In this document: in pieces, positions 26,106 to 33,483 of the stretch
Numbering within the stretch: the first letter of the stretch is position 1
How the letters are laid out: every line of letters begins with the position of its first letter
NCBI GenBank assembly: GCA_902385625.1
Contig: CABMGE010000010.1
Location: 39,589 to 103,588, forward strand
DNA from: an uncultured archaeon
GTDB taxonomy: Archaea; Nanobdellota; Nanobdellia; Pacearchaeales; GW2011-AR1
DNA length: 64,000 nucleotides
Direction: 5' to 3'
Position numbers and translations under genes: made by a program
The notes under the pieces: generated by a model
Seen by the model: only the letters and a program-made list of their open reading frames with translations
Database searches by the model: none
What the model was told of the DNA's origin: nothing

Positions 26106-26844
26106 TTTTTTCAATTGCAGATTGTATTTTAGATATTGATGATTCATATATTAAAGATTTTAATGCGATTAGAGAAGCTTCATAATAATTATTATTTGCA
26201 AGTGCGCTGTAAACTCTTGTGCAAGTAGCATTATCATCGATACAACCAAGTATTGAATCACTAAATACTAATGCTCCAAGATCAGATCTTGACTTGACCC
26301 CTAAAAGATAGGGTTTTGATTTATCATTTAGTTGACTTGCAACCATTTCACCTATTGCCTCGTAAAAAGGATCAAGTTTTCTTAGATTTGGAGAACTTAA
26401 ATCAACTGGTCTCTCTAAATCATATCTTTTCCTTATTTCAGACTCTTGTTTTTTAGTCAGTGCTTTTTTTCCTGACTTTACAAGAGCTTCTTTTGCAAAA
26501 AGACCTGTTTCAAACACAACTGTTTCAAGATTTAGATAAGAAGATCCTTTTTCTCCTTTATCTTCTCCCTTTTCCCTTTCTGATTCTCTTAATTTTTTTG
26601 ATATTGTCTCAAGATTATCGCATACAGTGTAACCTGGTTCTACAACTTTTGTGAAGTATTCAAGAAACATTAAAGACTTAAAATATTCAATGGGCTTTAC
26701 TCTTGTCCGGTCTATAACCTCGGTTGATACAAGTTTTTGAAAAAAAGTATTTTCATGCATACTGAATACTACCTTATATTCCAAATCATGCAAAGGTGAT
26801 AAATTTTTTACGATTGTTCCAATATGTTCATTTTCGTTTACCAT
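26095..26844 (-). CDS. hypothetical protein (orphan 3 of the MoxR-vWA operon)
   Basis: 249-aa ORF, overlaps its neighbours by 7 and 11 nt; central K/E-rich segment; no motif. Confidence 0.6.
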   Translation of the reverse strand: MVNENEHIGTIVKNLSPLHDLEYKVVFSMHENTFFQKLVSTEVIDRTRVKPIEYFKSLMFLEYFTKVVEPGYTVCDNLETISKKLRESEREKGEDKGEKGSSYLNLETVVFETGLFAKEALVKSGKKALTKKQESEIRKRYDLERPVDLSSPNLRKLDPFYEAIGEMVASQLNDKSKPYLLGVKSRSDLGALVFSDSILGCIDDNATCTRVYSALANNNYYEASLIALKSLIYESSISKIQSAIEKNAK

Positions 26845-27698
26845 TTTATACTCCTTGCAGCCTCTACTTTTATATTTTTTTCAATTAATTTTTGATAAGT
26901 TTTTTCAAGAGTATTAGTAGTTTCCCTATACCTTGGTATCCAGTAGAGATCATCAAGGAATAATTCTGCACTTCTTTCGCTATGATAAATTTTATTTCTA
27001 ACCATTGGAAGGGCTTTTCTGTGAACCTTGTCTTTATTTGCAGTGATCATATCTGAAATATCTTTTGGAGAGGCATTTCCACTTAATTTTTGAATTTTTT
27101 TATAAAAATCAGGATCAAAACTTCCCTCGAATATTGAGATATATTCAGGAATTGTCAAAAGATCATATACTTTTTTGTCTAAAACAAGTATTCTTTCAGA
27201 GCCTTGCATTTCAGAATTAAAAATAGAGCCATCATCAAGTTTTGTCACAAGTCCTTTTCCAACAATTGATTGAGCATTGGGCTTTATCATTTTTTCATAT
27301 ACTTTGTTAATTCTTTCAATCAGTTCTTGTCCTAGCTGATTACTTGCTCTTACTTTTGCTCCAGTAGAACCAAGATCAGTTATTCCGTTTACAACACGCT
27401 CAATAAAATCCTGCTTCACCTTAGTTATTTTATCTAAATTTTCTGAAAAATATCTGTCTTCTTGTATTTTTGGAGACTCTATTTCATCAAGTCCAAAAAC
27501 TCTTGTGTAAACTTTTATTCTTTTGTCCTGAACTGGATTTTTTGAAGCAACAAAAATATGCCCATTGTAGATTATTTGAAGGCAATCTCTTGAAAACACA
27601 GGTGGCTCTGGAATATTTAGAGATGAATCTATTTCTGCATCTATTATTTTTATATCATCTTCAAAAAACATATTGCCTCCGCGAATTACTTTTGCCAT
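26838..27698 (-). CDS. hypothetical protein (orphan 2 of the MoxR-vWA operon)
   Basis: 286-aa ORF, 1-nt stop/start overlap at 27698; no motif. Confidence 0.6.
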   Translation of the reverse strand: MAKVIRGGNMFFEDDIKIIDAEIDSSLNIPEPPVFSRDCLQIIYNGHIFVASKNPVQDKRIKVYTRVFGLDEIESPKIQEDRYFSENLDKITKVKQDFIERVVNGITDLGSTGAKVRASNQLGQELIERINKVYEKMIKPNAQSIVGKGLVTKLDDGSIFNSEMQGSERILVLDKKVYDLLTIPEYISIFEGSFDPDFYKKIQKLSGNASPKDISDMITANKDKVHRKALPMVRNKIYHSERSAELFLDDLYWIPRYRETTNTLEKTYQKLIEKNIKVEAARSIKW

Positions 27699-28249
27699 TA
27701 TTCTTTTATCTCCAAAGATTTAATTGACTCTGAATCCAAAAGACCCATGTGAGCAAGTAGCCCGACTACCATTACTCTTTCTGCTATTTGTCTGTAATTT
27801 CTGCCTTCGGGAATATCGGCGGCTTTTGGATGATTTAATCCCACACTTAATAAATTAAAAGATAATTTTGGAACAGTTTTATAAATTCTTATTTGAGAAT
27901 CTTTTTCATAGGAAGAGAGAAACTCTTTTCCAAGTTCCTCAGACAACTTATCATAAGAAGCTATTGCAATATTGAGTTCTGTTTTTTCATCAGTTACACA
28001 ATTTCCAGACCAGTCAAATAAAACAGAGTCAGTTGAAGGGTAAAAAACCGCAGTTCCTGTTGCCCAAAAACTACAATCTCCTCCTTCAGGTGTTAAAGGT
28101 TTAATTCCTTCATAAAGTATTGGTTCAATATACTTAGGTCTTTTTATTCCGTGATAGATTAATTTTTTATTATTAGACTCATCTATAATTCTTTTTACTA
28201 ATGAATCCATTTTAATTCCAAGTATTTCAGATATTTTTTCTTCAATCAT
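27698..28249 (-). CDS. hypothetical protein (orphan 1); weak resemblance to an H-Y-E ADP-ribosyltransferase core
   Basis: ATGA overlap with the QueC-like gene at 28246-28249. LIYHGIKRPKYIEPILYEGIKP...CSFWATG recalls hhHG(S/T)x6IhxxGh...YFA. The CDS call is solid; the fold call is tentative. Confidence 0.55.
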   Translation of the reverse strand: MIEEKISEILGIKMDSLVKRIIDESNNKKLIYHGIKRPKYIEPILYEGIKPLTPEGGDCSFWATGTAVFYPSTDSVLFDWSGNCVTDEKTELNIAIASYDKLSEELGKEFLSSYEKDSQIRIYKTVPKLSFNLLSVGLNHPKAADIPEGRNYRQIAERVMVVGLLAHMGLLDSESIKSLEIKE

Positions 28250-29112
28250 ATTGTTATCTCCCTTGTTTTGTATTCCAGAGGATCTTCCATATTCAGCTCC
28301 CTGAAGGCTTTTAATCTTTTCTGACATGCAAAACATGTTCCATCTGCAACAAGATCTGAACTAAAACAAGTTCTTGTTTTTTCAACTGGAATAAAATTTT
28401 GCATTGCATATTCAATTATATCTCGTTTAAAAATAGGATGATAGTCTTTACCTAAGCTATTTTCAGAAATTATATTAGGATCTGTAAATGGAGAGGTTAT
28501 TTGCCAGTCCCAATCTCCAAGTTGCACACATGTGCTTAAAGTTTGAGTTCTTAAACTTAAAAGCCCTTGTTCTGGTTCTATAAAATCATCTCCTGTGCTT
28601 GCTGAAAAAATTGTTTTAATGTTTAAATTATATCTTCCATTTAAAGAAACAGCATACATTACAGCAAGATTTTGCATTGTTGAATTTCTTAGAGGCAAAC
28701 CTTGTGTGAGTGAAAGTTCTTTTGGAAAATATTGTTTAAATTCCTTTGGAGGTACTTTATACTCTAGTTTAAATCCATCCCCAATATTACTTGGAAATCT
28801 TTTTTTATAAAAATCAATAAAAAAATCAAATGAATTTTCTTCATGTTTTTCTGCCCTTGCTCCTCTTTTGATAAAAAGCGGGTAAACTTTCGCACTATTA
28901 TTTTCAATTAAACTATTAATCATTACAATAGAGTCAAGTCCTCCTGAACAAAGTGCTACAACACTTTCCTTATTTGGAATTCTTGTAACATACTTTCTAT
29001 TCATTTGAAGAATTGCTTCAATTAACACAACATTTTCACTATAAAGGTTTTGAGCTTGCTTTACTCTTTCTCTTATTTGTTCTATTGTTTCTGGCATTTT
29101 TATTTTTTTCAC
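28246..29112 (-). CDS. QueC-like PP-loop ATPase
   Basis: VVALCSGGLDS, PLRNSTMQNL, SPFTD, C-terminal TCFSS...DGTCFACQKRLKAFRE Cys cluster, DPLEY. Confidence 0.75.
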   Translation of the reverse strand: MKKIKMPETIEQIRERVKQAQNLYSENVVLIEAILQMNRKYVTRIPNKESVVALCSGGLDSIVMINSLIENNSAKVYPLFIKRGARAEKHEENSFDFFIDFYKKRFPSNIGDGFKLEYKVPPKEFKQYFPKELSLTQGLPLRNSTMQNLAVMYAVSLNGRYNLNIKTIFSASTGDDFIEPEQGLLSLRTQTLSTCVQLGDWDWQITSPFTDPNIISENSLGKDYHPIFKRDIIEYAMQNFIPVEKTRTCFSSDLVADGTCFACQKRLKAFRELNMEDPLEYKTREITI

Positions 29113-29123
29113 CCTGTTTCATT

Positions 29124-30143
29124 TTAATTGTAATTTTCAGATATTGCTTTAAACAGTCCAATTGCTGCTTTTGCAGATTCTTTTCCTCTTGCAACATCAT
29201 CTCCAATCATAAATCGATTATATCCCATTAGTATTCCGCAATAGACATCAAATAATTCTGCACACCTTGGAATCTCATCAATATTTGAGAGAGACTCAAG
29301 CATTCTTGAAGCCATTACTGCTCTTGGATTTGATTTAATTATTTTTTTACACGCAGCAATCACATGATCTGGCTGGTCAACTTCAGTGTATAGATCCCCT
29401 CTTGCAGCCATTAGATCAATTCGATTTTTATATTTAGGATATACAGTATCAATAAATTCAAGTCCTTTTTTTGATTCTATTTTTGCAATTATTCTTGCTT
29501 TTGGATCAATAGATAAAAGATCAGTTATATCACTCTCTTTTTCAACAAAAGAAAGCATGAAATTATTCATTCCAAGACTTTTTCCAGCCTCAATATATTC
29601 TTTATCTTTATTTGTAAGGTATCCTTGAATTACTAAAGATGGATCAGTAATATTTACAGACATTCCAGGCCTTATTCCAATTTGACCTTGCAATGGGAGT
29701 GGAATACCTATTTTTCTTTCAACTGAACCTTCTACAACCAAGACATTATCATTTAATAGGTCTATAATTTGTCCCCTGTAATGAGCATTATCAGTGTAAA
29801 CCTCTGCAGGTTTTGTCACACTTATTTTGTGGCTCAAGGTAATATAATGAAGTTCTTTATCTCTTAGAAATTTTACATTGTAATCATCAACTCGAAGTTG
29901 CCTTGCCTTTAAATCAATCCAAACAGGTTTTAAATCTGCTTCAGATCTTACATGAGTAAGAATTTCCAAGGGAGTTTCTTTTAATCTTTGAGTTGTATTT
30001 AGCCTGACTGATTCCACAATATAACTATCTGCAAGACTTTTAAATTTTGCAAGAGGCGGCACTGTTAATACCATTCTTATTCTTCTCTTAGTCATGTTTT
30101 TGAAGGGGTTTATCATTTTATAAATTTTTCTACATGTTACCAC
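29124..30143 (-). CDS. pyruvate-kinase-like protein, A (TIM barrel) + B domains only, no C domain
   Basis: IIAKIESKKGLEFID, LMAARGDLYTEV, VMASRMLESL align with the PK motifs KIEN.EG, ARGDLG.E, ATQMLESM. Start may be ATG 30116. Confidence 0.7.
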   Translation of the reverse strand: MVTCRKIYKMINPFKNMTKRRIRMVLTVPPLAKFKSLADSYIVESVRLNTTQRLKETPLEILTHVRSEADLKPVWIDLKARQLRVDDYNVKFLRDKELHYITLSHKISVTKPAEVYTDNAHYRGQIIDLLNDNVLVVEGSVERKIGIPLPLQGQIGIRPGMSVNITDPSLVIQGYLTNKDKEYIEAGKSLGMNNFMLSFVEKESDITDLLSIDPKARIIAKIESKKGLEFIDTVYPKYKNRIDLMAARGDLYTEVDQPDHVIAACKKIIKSNPRAVMASRMLESLSNIDEIPRCAELFDVYCGILMGYNRFMIGDDVARGKESAKAAIGLFKAISENYN

Positions 30144-30167
30144 TCGAAAAGTGTATCAGAATTTAGC

Positions 30168-30186
30168 AAAAGACCTTAGGTCTTTT
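30168..30186 (-). terminator. perfect hairpin between the vWA paralog and the eight-gene operon
   Basis: AAAAGACCT-T-AGGTCTTTT (9-bp arms), 20 nt downstream of the stop at 30206. Confidence 0.45.
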
Positions 30187-30205
30187 TATCAAAACTTGAA
30201 AAAAA

Positions 30206-31201
30206 TTAATCAGTATCTATTTTCTTGCTAGATTTTCTTTTTGTAGGTTTTGAAGATAAAAGCGGGTGAAGAGTTCTGAGTACATCGTCAACTTGTCCAG
30301 GAGTTTGCCTTCTTCTAAGCATTTCTTCTGCTTCTTTGAAGTTATCTGCTGCATAACCAAAAATCCCGATCATGCAATCAACAGCACGATCAAAGTTGTC
30401 TCCCATTCTTAAAACTCTTTCAGGACCAAAAACATCTTCCCATTGTTTTTGAACTTTCGCATAATCATCTGAGTCATAGCTTAATTCAGGCCTTAGAACG
30501 AAAACATCAAATTTTTTCTTTAGTTTTTTCATTTCAGTTACAGTATCCAGGTCAGAAGTTAGATTAAGCCCCATATAGTTATTAACTTCTGAAGCTAAAA
30601 TTTTTGGATAGAATCCTTCATCTCCAAGTATGATTAAAGGGACTTTTGTTCCCTTAGGGACATTTGGAGTTTTGCTGTGATTTGCTAAATAATATATACC
30701 TAAGTCATAACTTTCTTTTACATTTCCTCCGCCCATACCTTCGGGAAAAATTCCTGCAACTCCTTTTACAAGATCAGTTCCATGGCAATAATCAAGTACC
30801 TGGAATGGAAATCTTTCTGGTCCGCGAGGATTTCTAGAGTCTCCAATTGCAATAATTGCCAAATCAAGCTTATCTTCTAGAGTGTTTCCTTTTTCAAGTT
30901 CCTTTAATTTCTTTCCTTGAATTGCTGCATTTGATTCTGCATAAAAAGTAGATATTTTTGTAAAAAACATTTCTGGAATTTTTTTCATTGATCCTGTTTG
31001 ATCGATTAAAATTGCTCCTGCATACTCACTATTTGTAGAAATATCTTTTCCATTTACTCCGGGCAAGCCAGTTCTTACTGGTGTAACATATTCTCTTTTA
31101 TCATCTACAGCATAATCCCTGGCTGTTTTTCTTGTAACGCTAGGTGCTGGACTAAAACTATAATCCCTTGAACTGCTGTAGTCTGAACTTGATCCTCCCA
31201 T
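30206..31201 (-). CDS. stand-alone vWA-like protein, paralog 2, with S/Y-rich N-terminus
   Basis: MGGSSSDYSSSRDYSFSP...; MIDAS-like LIDQTGSM; about 50-60% identical by eye to 31374..32345, including the C-terminal AEEMLRRRQTPGQVD. Confidence 0.7.
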   Translation of the reverse strand: MGGSSSDYSSSRDYSFSPAPSVTRKTARDYAVDDKREYVTPVRTGLPGVNGKDISTNSEYAGAILIDQTGSMKKIPEMFFTKISTFYAESNAAIQGKKLKELEKGNTLEDKLDLAIIAIGDSRNPRGPERFPFQVLDYCHGTDLVKGVAGIFPEGMGGGNVKESYDLGIYYLANHSKTPNVPKGTKVPLIILGDEGFYPKILASEVNNYMGLNLTSDLDTVTEMKKLKKKFDVFVLRPELSYDSDDYAKVQKQWEDVFGPERVLRMGDNFDRAVDCMIGIFGYAADNFKEAEEMLRRRQTPGQVDDVLRTLHPLLSSKPTKRKSSKKIDTD

Positions 31202-31373
31202 GTTGTTTTTTGTTCTAAAGGTTATTTAAAGATTTAGATAAACCAATGTATTTTATACTTTTTATATAAAATAGCAATAGATATTTGTTTTTGAACTAAT
31301 TCACTTAATACAAAAACAATTTTTATCTTATATCTTTTTATTTTTTAGTTTTTTATTTTTCCTCCAAGGTTAT

Positions 31374-32345
31374 TTAATTTTTTTTAATTGTTCTCTTTCT
31401 TGCTGGCTTTGAAGATGTAAGTGGATGCAATGATTTCAAAACTTCATCAACTTGTCCAGGAGTTTGTCTTCTTCTAAGCATTTCCTCTGCTTGTTTGAAA
31501 TTATTTGCTGCATATCCTGCAATTCCTATAAAACAATCTACAAGTCTTGATGGATCGTTCATCTTCAAAACTTTTTGCGAGTTTCCACCTAGTAATTTTT
31601 GCCAGTGTTCATGTGCTTCTTTGTATACTACATTATCTGGTTCTGCACCTGGCTCGGGTCTTAATACATAACTATCAAACTTATTCAAAACTCTCTTCAT
31701 TACAGTATCTGATGAAAGTGAACTTGGTATTTTATCTCCAAATAATTTTTTAACATGGTCTTTGTGAATTGTAGAATAAAAGTCCTCATCGCAGGCATAA
31801 ACTAAAAGAGGTTTTTTCTTTGAATTTATCTTGCAATGATTATCAAGATAGTAAGCTACAAGTTCATAACTCTCTTCTCCAAATGGTCCGCCCCCTCCTT
31901 CTGGATGAATTGATTTAACTCCTTTAACAAGCTCTGATCCCTTTGAGAAATCAATGATTTGCAATGGGTAATTATCATAGTTCATATCTCCTACTGCAAT
32001 AATTGCCATTTCAAGTTTATCTTCTAATTTTTTTCCTGATTCCAAATCTTTTAGTCTTAATCCTTGTATTGCAGCATTAGATTCTGAATACAATGTTGGA
32101 ATTTTGTTAAAAATTAATTTTGGCCAGTCTTTCATAGATCCAGTAACATCAACAACAAAGATAGCTGCATAATCACTATCTGTAGAAATATTTTTTCCAT
32201 GCACTGTTGTTATGCCTCTTGTTGGAGCAGCATATTCTCTTTTATCCTCTTTTGCATAATCCCTTGCTGTTCTTTTTGTAACGCTAGGTGTAGGACTAAA
32301 GCTATAGTCTCTTGAACTTCCGTAATCTGAACTAAATCCTCCCAT
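31374..32345 (-). CDS. stand-alone vWA-like protein, paralog 1, with S/Y-rich N-terminus
   Basis: MGGFSSDYGSSRDYSFSP...; VVDVTGSM; HPEGGGGPFGEE; CDEDF. Confidence 0.7.
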   Translation of the reverse strand: MGGFSSDYGSSRDYSFSPTPSVTKRTARDYAKEDKREYAAPTRGITTVHGKNISTDSDYAAIFVVDVTGSMKDWPKLIFNKIPTLYSESNAAIQGLRLKDLESGKKLEDKLEMAIIAVGDMNYDNYPLQIIDFSKGSELVKGVKSIHPEGGGGPFGEESYELVAYYLDNHCKINSKKKPLLVYACDEDFYSTIHKDHVKKLFGDKIPSSLSSDTVMKRVLNKFDSYVLRPEPGAEPDNVVYKEAHEHWQKLLGGNSQKVLKMNDPSRLVDCFIGIAGYAANNFKQAEEMLRRRQTPGQVDEVLKSLHPLTSSKPARKRTIKKN

Positions 32346-32397
32346 GTTGTTTTTGTGAAAAAGGTTTTTCCTTTTTTATTATCCTCGGTTGTATTTT

Positions 32398-32486
32398 GTT
32401 AGTGTTTATTTTACTATAACTTATTGTAGTATTTACACTATATAAATATTATTGTTGTGAATAATATATGTATTAATTACACTAAG
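32398..32486 (-). promoter_or_regulatory. promoter/operator module homologous to 20951..21037
   Basis: GTTAGTGT ... ACACTAAG ends; TGTA-N5-TACA at 32425-37 and 32469-81; ATATAAAT at 32440-47. Confidence 0.5.
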
Positions 32487-32528
32487 GTTTAAATATTTAG
32501 AATTCTTATTTTTGAATATAATATTTTT

Positions 32529-33341
32529 CTATTTTTCAACTTTATCAGTTCGTTTATACTTAAGTCCTGATTTTTCAATTATCTGAATTATGTTTTGTCT
32601 GCTCTCAGAGTTTCCACATCCTTTCCAGTCAATCAAGATCTCTTTTATCTGCTCATTTGTTTTCTTTTCTGCTTCGAGCAGCATATTATCATTTAACGGA
32701 AGAGAGTATTCTGGAATTATATGAGATATTGCATAACTTGAGTTTAACTGGATCTTATTGAAATTTGGAGCATAGTGAGGACCACCTATTCCAATTGCAG
32801 GAACCCAATTATTACTTGCGGGATTAAAATTTTGTAATGAGAGTATTGTTTTTGCAATTATTTTTGCAGCTTCTTTATCTTGCCACTCTCCTTCTGAACT
32901 TCCAAGCTCAATAAAGCAACAAGGAATTTCTGTTAATGGACCGTGATGAGTAACCTCTAAGGTTATTTGATATTCCTGGTTTAATTTATCTTTGTCTTTT
33001 TCATAATTTTTATTTAATTCACAAAACAAGTATTTCATGACAAATGCAGAAGTCTTACAAACTTTTCCCATCTGCCCTCCAAGATCTGCACTTCTCCAGT
33101 TTCCTGGTGCATGCAAAGATAAAGAAGGATTGCCTTTAACAGACCTGTGAGTTGAAGCAAAAACTAAAAAATCAATATTTCTAAGTTCAGGATATTTTTT
33201 AACACTAATATCCTCTGAAAAAATTGTTTCTTTTGAAAGTTCAATTATAGGAATCTGTGGAGTAAAACTTATTTCCTTGAGTCTCTCAACAATATTTGTT
33301 CCTGCTGAGTTCAGTTTTGAATAAGCTATTGCAAATCTCAT
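32529..33341 (-). CDS. dtdA: archaeal D-aminoacyl-tRNA deacylase (DTD2)
   Basis: 270 aa; MRFAIAYSKLNSAGTNI..., ASTHRS...SLSLHAPGNW, VTHHGP. Confidence 0.7.
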   Translation of the reverse strand: MRFAIAYSKLNSAGTNIVERLKEISFTPQIPIIELSKETIFSEDISVKKYPELRNIDFLVFASTHRSVKGNPSLSLHAPGNWRSADLGGQMGKVCKTSAFVMKYLFCELNKNYEKDKDKLNQEYQITLEVTHHGPLTEIPCCFIELGSSEGEWQDKEAAKIIAKTILSLQNFNPASNNWVPAIGIGGPHYAPNFNKIQLNSSYAISHIIPEYSLPLNDNMLLEAEKKTNEQIKEILIDWKGCGNSESRQNIIQIIEKSGLKYKRTDKVEK

Positions 33342-33483
33342 AAAATAGAATAAAATTAAGCAGTTAAATAAATTGCTATTTTATTTAATTAACATTTCTG
33401 CATCAATAATCTTCTAGTTTGTTGTGGAACCGGGTCAAGCTATTTTTCGAAAAATTTATAAAAGATAGAATATAATAAATATT

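Noticed and set aside
24237-29112. The operon as a QatABCD defence system.
   Set aside because: Only the QueC-like component fits. There is no TatD-like nuclease motif, the ATPase is MoxR-type with a vWA partner, and the gene order and count differ.
2515-31753. Many 60-130-aa ORFs in the track lie antisense to, or out of frame within, the large minus-strand genes. Examples: 2515..2754, 4602..4856, 8496..9275, 15878..16231, 19802..20020, 21353..21643, 22962..23899, 24182..24829, 25187..25402, 25931..26185, 26460..26654, 27470..27727, 28595..28810, 29013..29231, 29386..29628 and 31547..31753.
   Set aside because: They sit entirely inside ORFs with strong family motifs. Their L/F/I/Q-rich low-complexity composition is typical of the reverse strand of AT-rich coding DNA, and none has a start context.
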